Assembly (NCBI GenBank): GCA_015233195.1
Contig: JADFYE010000004.1
Coordinates: 66,411 to 130,410 of the forward strand
Length of the DNA stretch: 64,000 bases
Reading direction: 5' to 3'
Origin: Candidatus Omnitrophota bacterium
GTDB taxonomy: Bacteria > Omnitrophota > Gorgyraeia > Zapsychrales > Zapsychraceae
Shown: positions 36,873 to 47,474 of the stretch, in pieces
Position numbering within the stretch: position 1 is the first letter of the stretch
Layout: each line of letters opens with the position of its first letter
The notes under the pieces: model-generated
The model's database searches: none
Told to the model about the DNA's origin: nothing
The model's input: only the letters and a program-made list of their open reading frames with translations
Made by a program: the position numbers and the translations under genes

Positions 36873-39093
36873 ATATAACCGCTTTATTTTGTAAAACTAA
36901 ATTTATCCATTGGTTTATTTTGTTACGACCTAAGTTGAATGTATTTTGATCCCCATTAGCCAGTCCTTGTATTTGTAATTTTAATCCTTCGATGAATAAC
37001 GTATCATAATAATTACCTAGATCAGGCAAAATTGAATTCATCTCCGACGGCAGTATGCTTTTGATTTGTTTGTTTTGATAATCCAGATATTGATATAAAA
37101 CTGTAAGGTTTTGTAATTGAGGAGGGGGATTTAATATTTGTGAAGAAATTTCTATTGAGTTTTTTAAAGTATTTATAAGGAACTGTTTTTTAAGTTGGTT
37201 GTCAGGATCAGGAAGGTATAAAGATAGCGGATATAAATATTTTACTTTTGAGAAAGTGATATTAGATTTAACGATTTGGGCTTCTCCATTATGGGTGTTG
37301 TTGGTTAGAATAGCGTCTGGAATAAAAGTACCTAAGGGATAAATTTTTGGTGAAAGTGGTATTGTTTCAAGATGTTCTATTCTAGGCGAATTTTTTAATA
37401 ATATTGCAATAGGATATTCCCAGGTTTCTCCGGATAAGCCTAAGCCAAGGTTTCTGATTTTTAGGTTATTTATAGTGTTAGCCATGTCTTGATACGGAAA
37501 AGCTAAATCAGGTTTGTTAGAAAAGTATTGATCAATTCTGGCTATTTTAAAAATGTTTTTATTTGTCCCAAGAATTTTTTTTGAACTATTTTTAAAAGTC
37601 ACTGGCATCGCAAATATAAATGCGAATAGTAGCAAGGTTATTTGTATAATTTTGTGGGTGCGTGAAGTTAGAATTAAAGTTATTAATGGCATGCAAAATA
37701 GAAACCAGGGAGTTTGTAGGCGAGAAACCCAGGGTTGCCATTTTAGCAGGTAGGCAAACATTATCCAGGCAGCAAGAATTGAAAATAAATAAAACCAAAA
37801 AGTTGGTTTAGGTGCAGAGGTATTTTTTATGAAAGACCAGAAACATACGAATCCAAAAAGTATCAGGGTCATATGGATCGGATTTGGAGCAGTGTCTTCA
37901 TGTTTAGTGGCAGAAGTCAAAGCAAATTTGTAATCTGCAAATGTGTTTCGATTGTCTACAATTTTTACTCCTATTAGCGAATGAATGGATTGGACCGCAT
38001 TTTCAATTTGCATATTTAAAGGTTTTATTGAGTAATTAAGATGTAAAGCGGTATTTTTTATGATGTTTGATAAAATTAATTGTGGTTCATGAGATTGATT
38101 GACAACTTCTTTGGTGTCGCATTTTCCTGGATCTATAAAATCTTTTCCTAATGTATAATTACGTAAATATAATCCTAAATTAATACTTATGAAGAGCAAG
38201 GTTCCAGCTATTAAATAGATAATGGCGTTAAGTTTGTATTTTTTAAATATTGATAATGTATACCAGCCCAGGAATGGACACAAAAAAATTAAAGCGGAAC
38301 TTTTAGTTAGAGCTGCCAAACCTGCAGCTATCCATATAAATACATGAAATATTCTGGATGAATCGTTTAATTGCCGGATTATAAAATAAATGCAACTTAA
38401 GACCAAGAAACCGCATATAAGATCATTTTGAGTGCTGGATGATTGCAGGATTGCCATTGGTATAGTAGCAGTTAATAATGCGCATATTATTTGTTGCAGT
38501 CTGGAACCGTAAAGTTCTTTAACTATCAAAGAATTAAGTATTATAGAGCTTATAAACGCTATCCATTGGGGCATATTTGCGAATCTATCTCCGTGGGATA
38601 AGATTTGAAAATGTAAAATGATTAATTCAGCAAAAGGCGCGGACCAGAGTTGGCGTGATTCTGGGGTAGGGTAATAAATTAAACTTTTGTTTTGTATCCA
38701 ATGCATGACTTTAGGCATATGATAAGTCATTGAATCCCAAGTATTTGGAGGAGCTAGGAGCGCTATTATAAGAGTAGGAATGATGATAATGAATATACCG
38801 GCTATACTAGATATTTCAAAAAAAGATAAATTTTTAGGTTTTATAAATGTAATTGAGCGTTTGGTTTGTAGAAAAAGATTTAACATAAGTATAAAACTGC
38901 ATAACCAGAGAAGACTTATGCTAAAATAAGTAATTCCTTTTATAAGGCTAAGAATTTCAGTTGATATCGATAAAAAAAGTCCGCATATCAATATTGCAAT
39001 TATAAAATTTTCACGCAAGCAGGAGATTTTTCTGGTATTGTATAAAAATAAAAATAAAAGCGCGAAAGTAAGAATGGGAAGAATAATAAGCAT
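36862..39093 (-). CDS. Large polytopic membrane protein, GT-C-like (ArnT/PMT-like) candidate with a C-terminal soluble domain
   Basis: 743 aa. The N-terminal 480 aa or so are polytopic, with PPNTWDSMTYHMPKVMHW in the first large loop. Soluble C-terminus. This is the second of only two minus-strand genes, and it overlaps its convergent neighbour by 11 nt. Confidence 0.45.
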   Translation of the reverse strand: MLIILPILTFALLFLFLYNTRKISCLRENFIIAILICGLFLSISTEILSLIKGITYFSISLLWLCSFILMLNLFLQTKRSITFIKPKNLSFFEISSIAGIFIIIIPTLIIALLAPPNTWDSMTYHMPKVMHWIQNKSLIYYPTPESRQLWSAPFAELIILHFQILSHGDRFANMPQWIAFISSIILNSLIVKELYGSRLQQIICALLTATIPMAILQSSSTQNDLICGFLVLSCIYFIIRQLNDSSRIFHVFIWIAAGLAALTKSSALIFLCPFLGWYTLSIFKKYKLNAIIYLIAGTLLFISINLGLYLRNYTLGKDFIDPGKCDTKEVVNQSHEPQLILSNIIKNTALHLNYSIKPLNMQIENAVQSIHSLIGVKIVDNRNTFADYKFALTSATKHEDTAPNPIHMTLILFGFVCFWSFIKNTSAPKPTFWFYLFSILAAWIMFAYLLKWQPWVSRLQTPWFLFCMPLITLILTSRTHKIIQITLLLFAFIFAMPVTFKNSSKKILGTNKNIFKIARIDQYFSNKPDLAFPYQDMANTINNLKIRNLGLGLSGETWEYPIAILLKNSPRIEHLETIPLSPKIYPLGTFIPDAILTNNTHNGEAQIVKSNITFSKVKYLYPLSLYLPDPDNQLKKQFLINTLKNSIEISSQILNPPPQLQNLTVLYQYLDYQNKQIKSILPSEMNSILPDLGNYYDTLFIEGLKLQIQGLANGDQNTFNLGRNKINQWINLVLQNKAVIFKN

Positions 39094-39116
39094 ATTTATA
39101 ATTATATTTTAATAAA

Positions 39117-39145
39117 TTGAATTTATTTTTAGATTGTTGTATATT
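39117..39145 (+). promoter_or_regulatory. Candidate sigma70-type promoter for the 39178..47404 block
   Basis: TTGAAT (39117-39122), a 17-nt spacer, then TATATT (39140-39145), about 30 nt upstream of ATG 39178 in a divergent gap. AT-rich context, so support is weak. Confidence 0.3.
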
Positions 39146-39177
39146 ATCAAAAAATTAAACGTTGAGAAAGATATATT

Positions 39178-39906
39178 ATGAAATTAAGCATCTTGATGTC
39201 GGTTTATAATGAGGAACGGTGGTTACCGCTTATTATACCTAAAGTATTGGCGCAGAAGGTAGAAGGAATAAATGAGGTTGAATTAATTATCGTAGATGAT
39301 TGCTCTAAAGATAGTACGGCAAGTATTATAAAATCTTTTGTAGAAAGATATCCTGTAAATATCCGTAACTTTACTAATGAAGTTAATCAGGGCAAAGGTT
39401 CTTCCATTAAGACTGCAATTTCAAAAGCCAGCGGGGATATTTGTGTGATCCAAGATGCGGATCTGGAGTATGACCCGTCTGAATACCCGAAGATTTTAGA
39501 ACCTATAATTCAAGGTCGAGCTGATTGTGTGTTTGGTTCAAGATTTATGGGCAGTGAAGCAAAAAGGGTTTTGTTTTTTTGGCACTCTGTGGGTAATAAA
39601 TTTTTGACTTTATTGAGCAATATGTTTACGAATTTAAATTTAACTGATATGGAAACCTGTTATAAAGCTTTTAGAACTGATTTATTAAAATCGATTCCTT
39701 TAACTTGTCGGCGCTTTGGATTTGAACCTGAAATAACTTCAAAAGTTGCTAAAAGAAGAGCCCGTATTTATGAAGTTGGAATAAGTTATAATGGTCGTAC
39801 TTATGCTGAAGGGAAAAAGATTAATTGGCTGGATGGAGTTAAAGCTATTTTCTGTATTATATGGTTTGGTTTAACCGTGAAAACACAAAATGATCGAAAA
39901 ATTTGA
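39178..39906 (+). CDS. Glycosyltransferase family 2, Dpm1-like polyprenyl-phosphate glycosyltransferase with a C-terminal TM helix
   Basis: LSILMSVYNEE, IVDDCSKDST and VIQDADLEYDP motifs. C-terminal hydrophobic stretch AIFCIIWFGLTV. Confidence 0.8.
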   Translation: MKLSILMSVYNEERWLPLIIPKVLAQKVEGINEVELIIVDDCSKDSTASIIKSFVERYPVNIRNFTNEVNQGKGSSIKTAISKASGDICVIQDADLEYDPSEYPKILEPIIQGRADCVFGSRFMGSEAKRVLFFWHSVGNKFLTLLSNMFTNLNLTDMETCYKAFRTDLLKSIPLTCRRFGFEPEITSKVAKRRARIYEVGISYNGRTYAEGKKINWLDGVKAIFCIIWFGLTVKTQNDRKI

Positions 39907-40639
39907 TTTGTTCGGCGTGAGGGTTTCAATAACTGACTTGGATCGTTCAGCAAAGCAGATTCAAGAGTGGGTTAAAAATAAATATAAAACATATGTTTGT
40001 GTGGCTCCAGTTGCTACGATTGTTGACGCGTTTAAAGACGAAACGTATAGAAAGATTGTTAATAACGCGGGTATGGTTACGCCTGACGGTGTGCCTATAG
40101 TATGGATGGGTAAAAAATATGGATACACTGATATAAAGCGTACGTGTGGTCCTGATTTGATGAAATTAGTATGTTCTTTTACCGGGTATAAACATTTTTT
40201 TTATGGCGGGGATGATCAGCTATTAAAAAATTTAGCTGCTAATTTAAGAATTTTATATTCTGATATAAAGATAGCTGGATCATATGCTCCAGGTAAATTG
40301 AGGGTTGGTGAAAAAGAATCCGCGTCTGTTATTGAACAGATCAATGCTTCTGACGCGGATATTTTATGGGTGGGGTTAGGTTCGCCTAAACAAGACATTT
40401 GGATGGCGGAGCATAGGGCTGAATTGAATGTTCCAGTAATGGTTGGAGTTGGAGCGGCTTTTGATTTTTTAGCAGGAGTAAAAAAACGTGCGCCGTTATG
40501 GATGCAGAAAATCGGATTAGAATGGTTTTATCGTCTATGTTCAGAGCCGAAACGTTTGTGGAAACGATATCTTTGGGGGAATTTAATATTTTCTGGTTTA
40601 GTAATTCGAGATGTTTTTAAGTTTAGGAAAAATCAATGA
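39890..40639 (+). CDS. WecB/TagA/CpsF-family glycosyltransferase (GT26)
   Basis: VTPDGVPIVW, GLGSPKQDIWM, VGVGAAFDFLAG and LEWFYRL motifs. Confidence 0.85.
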   Translation: MIEKFDLFGVRVSITDLDRSAKQIQEWVKNKYKTYVCVAPVATIVDAFKDETYRKIVNNAGMVTPDGVPIVWMGKKYGYTDIKRTCGPDLMKLVCSFTGYKHFFYGGDDQLLKNLAANLRILYSDIKIAGSYAPGKLRVGEKESASVIEQINASDADILWVGLGSPKQDIWMAEHRAELNVPVMVGVGAAFDFLAGVKKRAPLWMQKIGLEWFYRLCSEPKRLWKRYLWGNLIFSGLVIRDVFKFRKNQ

Positions 40640-42060
40640 AACGACAAATTGAAAAAGTATTTATAAGTCTGGTATATATCATGTTTGATATAGTATCAGC
40701 ATGTTTGGCAATATATTTGGCGTGTTGGTTAAGAGCCAATGGTTTGTTTTTTGAAGTGAATTTTTATAATTTATTTTGGGGAGACGTAAATCCTTTCAGA
40801 TATGTTTTTGCGTTTTGGGTATTTTCAGCGGTTCTTACAAATATTGCCCGGGATTTGCATAAAACTCGGCGGGAGTTGATGCCGGGCGTGGAAATGTTTT
40901 ATATAGTACAATCAGTTTTGATCTCGTCGATTATGCTGGTGGTTTGTATTTATGTTTTTAAGATAAAAGAATTTCCTCGCGGGGTCTTTTTTATCGGGAT
41001 GTTTTTAAATTTCATATTTTTTACAGTATGGCGTTTTTTGAAACGTACCATTGTAAATTTTTTAGTAGCTGGCGGTTATAATAATTTTAATGTGGTAATT
41101 ATAGGCGCAGGAAAAGTTGGTAAGACTTTGTATGAAGAAATTGTTAGAAGACCTGAATTAGGAATTAAAGTAATTGGTTTTTTAGATGATACCAAGACCG
41201 AGTCTCCAGTCATTGATGGTCCGCCAATTTTAGGTAAAGTTTCGGATCTCAAAGTAATAGCTCGTCAAGAATTTATAGATAAAATATTTATAACAACTTT
41301 TTTAGATAGTAAAATTTTTATTAAGGTAATGGAAGTCGCCAAAGCTCTTAATCTTAATATTAGAGTGGTGCCTTTTGGGTTTGAATATTTATCCCATGAA
41401 GTAGAAAAATATAATATAGGAATAATTCCAGTTCTTGAATATTACAATAAGGATTTTTTAAGAAAACAATTTGGTAAGCGTATTTTTGATATAGTATTGG
41501 GTGCATTACTTTTAGTTTTGTTCTTGCCGTTATTTATTATTATTAGTTTGATGATAAAGCTGGATAGTCCTGGTCCAATTTTTCATTTTTCTTATCGTTA
41601 TGGACGAAATGGCTGGAAATTTTTTATGTTTAAATTCCGGAGCATGGTAAAGGATGCTGAAAAAGAATTAATAAAATATAAACATCAGAATGAAGTTGAT
41701 GGACCTATTTTTAAATTAAAGAATGATCCTAGAATAACTAAGATCGGTAAATTTTTGCGTAAGTATAGTATTGATGAATTGCCGCAATTGATTAATGTGA
41801 TAAAAGGGGATATGAGTCTGGTCGGACCTCGGCCATTCGTGGTACAGGAAGTAGAAAAACAAGATTTGTTGCAGTTAAAGCGGTTAGAGGTTCGTCCAGG
41901 TATGACTGGTTTATGGCAAGTACAGGGTCGGAGCGATCTTTCATTTAATCGACTGCTTAAATGGGATGTTTGGTATATAAATAATTGGTCATTTTGGTTA
42001 GATATGAATATTTTGTTAAAAACTATTCCAGTTGTGTTAAAGGGTAGAGGTGCTTATTAA
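40636..42060 (+). CDS. Polyprenyl-phosphate hexose-1-phosphate transferase (WbaP/exopolysaccharide priming sugar transferase)
   Basis: N-terminal TM bundle. Central VVIIGAGKVG Rossmann-like region. C-terminal bacterial sugar transferase domain with KRIFDIVLG, FKFRSM and DELPQLINVIKGDMSLVGPRP. Confidence 0.9.
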   Translation: MKRQIEKVFISLVYIMFDIVSACLAIYLACWLRANGLFFEVNFYNLFWGDVNPFRYVFAFWVFSAVLTNIARDLHKTRRELMPGVEMFYIVQSVLISSIMLVVCIYVFKIKEFPRGVFFIGMFLNFIFFTVWRFLKRTIVNFLVAGGYNNFNVVIIGAGKVGKTLYEEIVRRPELGIKVIGFLDDTKTESPVIDGPPILGKVSDLKVIARQEFIDKIFITTFLDSKIFIKVMEVAKALNLNIRVVPFGFEYLSHEVEKYNIGIIPVLEYYNKDFLRKQFGKRIFDIVLGALLLVLFLPLFIIISLMIKLDSPGPIFHFSYRYGRNGWKFFMFKFRSMVKDAEKELIKYKHQNEVDGPIFKLKNDPRITKIGKFLRKYSIDELPQLINVIKGDMSLVGPRPFVVQEVEKQDLLQLKRLEVRPGMTGLWQVQGRSDLSFNRLLKWDVWYINNWSFWLDMNILLKTIPVVLKGRGAY

Positions 42061-43357
42061 TTTGGATAGTTCAATAAAAGATCTTATTATACGGCGGATT
42101 GATAGCATTATTCGTTTTTTTATATGTGTTATGGTGGTTTTTTTGCCATTAGGCATAGCAGTAGTTGAGATGTCTATTGGTATATGTATATTTTTATGGT
42201 TGGTAAAGCGAATTATATTGTTGTTAAGTTGTTCAGTAAAAAATTCGAGTTGGTTAGTTTGGGTTAAAGGATTTAAGCCGGTTGATACGTCTTTAAATCT
42301 TTGGATAAGTTTTTTTCTATTATTATGTTTAGTATCAAGTTTTTTTGGAGTTCAACCATTGGTTTCGCTGCGAAGTTTTTATGGAAAAATTGTTGAATGG
42401 TTTGTTGTTTTTTTTATTATTATAGAATTTTTTGATACTAAGGAACGTATTCATCGTATTTTATATGTTTTTATCTTAATAGCGTGTATTCTTTCTTTTG
42501 ATGGGCTGATTCAGTTTTATTGGTTAAAAAAAGATGTATTAAAAGGAATAGTTCTGACGTCTTCGGGTCAGGTTTCTGCCACGTTTTCCTCAGCTAATAG
42601 TTTAGGAATTTTTTTAGCTTTAGCAATTCCGATCAGTATTGTGTTTTTGTTTGAAAGTCTTAATAAAAAAATAATTTGGTTAAATTTGCTTAGTGTAGTA
42701 TTGATGTTATGGGTTTTTGTTTTAACAGTTTCCAGAGGCGCATGGCTGGCTTTGACATTTTCAGTGATTTTAACTGGTATTACAATACCGGTTTTAACTA
42801 GTGGCAGATTAAAATCAAAGAATATTTTTATTGGTTTAGTGGGTCTATTAGTGATTGCCAGTATTTTTGTTTTAGAATCTGATTTTGCGCGAGCGCATTT
42901 TTTTCAAGAAAATACGGGTTCTCATAGGATAACTATGTGGGAAGATTCGTTTAAAATGTTAATGGATCGACCAATACTCGGATTTGGTGTAAATACTTTT
43001 ATGAAAAATTTTCAATTTTTTCGAAGGGATCCATATTATTTTTTAACTTATGCGCATAATTGTTATTTACAAATGTTGGTAGAGATTGGGATCGTAGGGT
43101 TTAGTATTTTTGTTGGTATGGTCATAGTTTATTTTAGGCGGTTGTTGCATAATTTGCGCGTATTATTTGATGAAGACAAACAAATGTTTTTGACGGGGAT
43201 TGGAGTATTTGCTAGTTTGGTAGCGTTTTTTGCGCATAGTTTTGTGGATGTAGATTTTTATAGTCTTCCTTTAGCACGTTTATGGTGGGTTTTGATGGGT
43301 ATTGGAGTGGCGATTGGTAAGTTGAGTAATAAAACGAAAATAGGGCGCTGTCCCTAA
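42050..43357 (+). CDS. O-antigen ligase/polymerase-like (Wzy_C domain) polytopic membrane protein, copy 2
   Basis: 435 aa. Contains SRGAWLALTF and YAHNCYLQMLVEIGIVGF, typical of the O-antigen ligase domain. GTG start overlapping the upstream gene. Confidence 0.7.
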   Translation: MLINLDSSIKDLIIRRIDSIIRFFICVMVVFLPLGIAVVEMSIGICIFLWLVKRIILLLSCSVKNSSWLVWVKGFKPVDTSLNLWISFFLLLCLVSSFFGVQPLVSLRSFYGKIVEWFVVFFIIIEFFDTKERIHRILYVFILIACILSFDGLIQFYWLKKDVLKGIVLTSSGQVSATFSSANSLGIFLALAIPISIVFLFESLNKKIIWLNLLSVVLMLWVFVLTVSRGAWLALTFSVILTGITIPVLTSGRLKSKNIFIGLVGLLVIASIFVLESDFARAHFFQENTGSHRITMWEDSFKMLMDRPILGFGVNTFMKNFQFFRRDPYYFLTYAHNCYLQMLVEIGIVGFSIFVGMVIVYFRRLLHNLRVLFDEDKQMFLTGIGVFASLVAFFAHSFVDVDFYSLPLARLWWVLMGIGVAIGKLSNKTKIGRCP

Positions 43358-43372
43358 ATAAAAGGTTAAATT

Positions 43373-44407
43373 ATGGCAAAACAAAAAAAAGCATTGATAA
43401 CTGGTATCACTGGACAAGATGGTTCTTATTTAGCTGAACTTTTATTAGCTAAGGGATACGAAGTTTATGGGCTTATACGTAGGGCTAGTTCATTTAATAC
43501 TGCGCGGATAGATCACTTGTATCAGGATCCTCATGAAAAAGGCGTGAAAATGCGTTTGATTTATGGCGATCTTAATGATGCTAGCTCTTTGAACCAGACT
43601 ATTAAGACTATGAAGCCGGATGAGATATATAATTTGGGGGCGCAAAGCCATGTCAGGGTTAGTTTTGATATTCCAGAATATACCGGTGAGATAACTGCTT
43701 TAGGTACAACGCGTTTGTTGGAAGCCATAAGAGAAACTGGAATAAAAACTAAATTTTATCAGGCGTCCAGTTCAGAAATGTTCGGGGGGACTACTCATAA
43801 AGCTCAAAATGAAAAAACTCCGTTTTATCCTCGCAGTCCGTATGCTGCAGCTAAGGTTTATGCGTATTGGATGACAGTAAATTATCGGGAAGCTTATAAA
43901 ATGTTTGCGTGTAACGGAATATTATTTAATCATGAATCTCCTCGCAGAGGCGAAACTTTTGTTACTCGCAAGATAACTATAGCTTTGGCACGTATAAAAC
44001 ATGGATTGCAAGACGCGCTTTATTTGGGTAATTTGGATTCAAAGCGTGACTGGGGTTTTGCTGGTGATTATGTAGAGGCGATGTGGTTGATGCTCCAGCA
44101 GGATAAACCAGAGGATTATGTTATTGCAACTGGTGAAACTCATTCAGTAAAGGAGTTTCTTCAGGAAGCTTTTGAATATGCGGGATTGGATTGGAAAAAA
44201 TTTGTAAAGATCGATCCTAGGTATTTTCGTCCGACTGAAGTTGATTTTCTTTTGGGGGATGCGGCTAAAGCAAAGAAAAAATTAAAATGGAAACCAAAAG
44301 TAAATTTTAAGACGTTGGTTAGAATGATGGTTGATGCGGATATGGAGAAAGTCCAGTTAGAATTGTACGGAACCCGGAAACAGGATAAAAATTTTAATAA
44401 GGTGTAG
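43373..44407 (+). CDS. gmd: GDP-mannose 4,6-dehydratase
   Basis: [29 protein letters not shown] and [17 protein letters not shown]. Confidence 0.95.
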   Translation: MAKQKKALITGITGQDGSYLAELLLAKGYEVYGLIRRASSFNTARIDHLYQDPHEKGVKMRLIYGDLNDASSLNQTIKTMKPDEIYNLGAQSHVRVSFDIPEYTGEITALGTTRLLEAIRETGIKTKFYQASSSEMFGGTTHKAQNEKTPFYPRSPYAAAKVYAYWMTVNYREAYKMFACNGILFNHESPRRGETFVTRKITIALARIKHGLQDALYLGNLDSKRDWGFAGDYVEAMWLMLQQDKPEDYVIATGETHSVKEFLQEAFEYAGLDWKKFVKIDPRYFRPTEVDFLLGDAAKAKKKLKWKPKVNFKTLVRMMVDADMEKVQLELYGTRKQDKNFNKV

Positions 44408-44409
44408 AG

Positions 44410-45444
44410 ATGAACGTATTAATTACCGGCGGGGCAGGGATGGTTGGTTCTCATTCTGCTGAGTATTTTGCTAAGCAGAATAACGGAATGGTGATTGTTT
44501 ATGATAATTTGATGCGTTCTAAAATTTTCCATTCTGATAAAAAATCTGTTGAATATAATTGGCAGTATTTAAAACAATATCCTAATGTTATATTGCTGCA
44601 CAAAGATATTCGGGATATTTCGCAATTACGCGCTTGTTTTAAGAAATACCGTCCGGAAATAGTAATTCACACTGCTGGGCAGCCGGGTGTAAAATTTTCT
44701 CTGAATGATCCACAGGAAGATTTTTCTATTAATGCTTGGGGTACGTTGAATGTTTTGGAGTGTATGAAAGATTTTTCTCCGCAAGGAGTTTTTATATATT
44801 GTTCGACGAATAAGGTTTATGGGGACAATGTAAATGAATTCGAAATTGTTGAGAAAGAAAAACGTTATGATTTCACTTCGATAAAAGGTATTGATGAACA
44901 AGTTTCAATCGATCTTACCGGACATACGCCGTATGGAGTATCAAAATTAACTGGGGATTTATATGTTCAGGATTTTGCTCATACTTATGGAATCAAGACT
45001 GCGGTGTTTAGAATGAGTTGTATTTATGGGACGAGACAATTTGGGTTTGAGGATCAAGGGTGGGTGGCATGGTTCGCCATTAGGTTTTTACAGAAAAAAG
45101 CAATTACGATATTCGGGACTGGGAAACAAGTCAGAGATGTGTTGTGGGTGGGGGATTTGGTAGATGCATATCAGAAATTTATTGATTCAGATTTGAAATT
45201 TGGGGTTTTTAATATTGGAGGAGGTTGTGATAATACTTTGTCGCTGCTTGAATTGATTGATATTTTAAAAGATATAACCGGGTATAAGGTTGAATTGAAG
45301 TTTGAAGATTGGCGCAGGTTCGACCAGAAAATTTATGTTTCAGATGTTACTAAGGTAAAACAGCAGTTGAATTGGTCGCCGACGTGTGCGCCGAAAGAAG
45401 GGGTGCGGCGTATTGTGGAATGGCTAAAGGCTGCAAATATTTAA
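44410..45444 (+). CDS. NAD-dependent sugar epimerase (extended SDR, CDP-paratose-2-epimerase-like)
   Basis: MNVLITGGAGMVGSH and YGVSKLTGD (YxxxK). Length is 344 aa. Confidence 0.7.
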   Translation: MNVLITGGAGMVGSHSAEYFAKQNNGMVIVYDNLMRSKIFHSDKKSVEYNWQYLKQYPNVILLHKDIRDISQLRACFKKYRPEIVIHTAGQPGVKFSLNDPQEDFSINAWGTLNVLECMKDFSPQGVFIYCSTNKVYGDNVNEFEIVEKEKRYDFTSIKGIDEQVSIDLTGHTPYGVSKLTGDLYVQDFAHTYGIKTAVFRMSCIYGTRQFGFEDQGWVAWFAIRFLQKKAITIFGTGKQVRDVLWVGDLVDAYQKFIDSDLKFGVFNIGGGCDNTLSLLELIDILKDITGYKVELKFEDWRRFDQKIYVSDVTKVKQQLNWSPTCAPKEGVRRIVEWLKAANI

Positions 45445-45461
45445 GGTGCAAAGGTATAAAG

Positions 45462-46433
45462 GTGATAAAGGTTAATAAAAATATTATTTTTTCTTGTATA
45501 GTTTTTGTGGTGGTTTTTCTTGTAGCTGAAATAGGTGTACGAATAAAGCAAGCTTTGGTGGACCATATTCCGTTTACTCGTTCGATTATTGATTTTTATG
45601 ATCCGCTTTTGGGGTGGTCTGGTAAAAAGCTTTTTGGCGATCTTAAAACTTCTAAGAGTAGAATCATGGTTCTTGGGGATTCGTTTACCCAAGGTAACGG
45701 CGTGCCTGAAGAGTTTATGTATTATCAGCCTTTGGCAAGAGCTTTTAATGCAGAGCTTTTTGTTTATGGCGCTTATGGGTTTGGGACGCTTCAAGAATAT
45801 TTAGTGCTGGATAAATATATCGATGAGGTTAAGCCGGATTTGATTCTTTTGCAGTTTTGTTACAATGATTTCATAAATAATTCTTGGGTATTAGAAGAAA
45901 ATAGTTTTCAAAATAACAATCTTATGATCAGACCTTATTTGATCGATGGGAAGATCGAATATAGGTATCCACGTTTGTTTGGTCGCTACCGTCTGGAGTT
46001 GAGTAAATGGTCGCGCATTGTTTACTTGGCATTTGCTTTTTATGATAGAGTTATGTTTAAAGCAGCATATGAGGGAAAGATTAAGACTTCTGAAGATGAG
46101 ATCGAAGATAAAGGGTTAGCGTATAAGCCGTTCGCGGATTCTAAAGATATTACTTTAGAGATCCTTAAGCGTTTAAAGACTCGGGCTGGTCAGGTGCCGG
46201 TAATTGCTATGCCGGTAATTCTTAAACAGCCATATCTTGAGCAGTCAATTGATGTTTTTGCTAAAGCCGGTATACCATTTATGACAAGCCCTGCTTTTGC
46301 ACTTCAGGATTTGGCGAATAGGGGAGTGTCAGTTTTTTTTAAGGATAATGTGCATTGGAATGAGAAGGGGAATGAAGTTGCGGGTCTTATTATTTTGCAG
46401 GAGGTGGCAAAAATACACCTGAATGTTAATTGA
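45462..46433 (+). CDS. Membrane-anchored SGNH/GDSL-like hydrolase
   Basis: N-terminal TM helix IIFSCIVFVVVFLVAEIG. Block I IMVLGDSFTQGNG and block V DNVHWNEKGNE (DxxH). Start is uncertain: GTG 45462 has AAGGT 6 nt upstream, ATG 45420 would overlap the upstream gene by 25 nt, and the ORF opens at 45372. Confidence 0.55.
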   Translation: MIKVNKNIIFSCIVFVVVFLVAEIGVRIKQALVDHIPFTRSIIDFYDPLLGWSGKKLFGDLKTSKSRIMVLGDSFTQGNGVPEEFMYYQPLARAFNAELFVYGAYGFGTLQEYLVLDKYIDEVKPDLILLQFCYNDFINNSWVLEENSFQNNNLMIRPYLIDGKIEYRYPRLFGRYRLELSKWSRIVYLAFAFYDRVMFKAAYEGKIKTSEDEIEDKGLAYKPFADSKDITLEILKRLKTRAGQVPVIAMPVILKQPYLEQSIDVFAKAGIPFMTSPAFALQDLANRGVSVFFKDNVHWNEKGNEVAGLIILQEVAKIHLNVN

Positions 46434-46462
46434 TAGTTTTTTTGTTGGCTATTTAAAAGTGA

Positions 46463-47428
<966 letters not shown>

Positions 47429-47474
47429 ACAGGCGCTTAATTTTAAATAAATTACTATAGATAAGGTGGTTGCT

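Noticed and set aside
45441-45794. 117-aa minus-strand ORF and 71-aa + strand ORF (45589..45804) overlapping the SGNH gene
   Set aside because: The + strand frame starting at 45372, 45420 or 45462 carries clear GDSL block I and block V motifs. The alternatives have no motifs.
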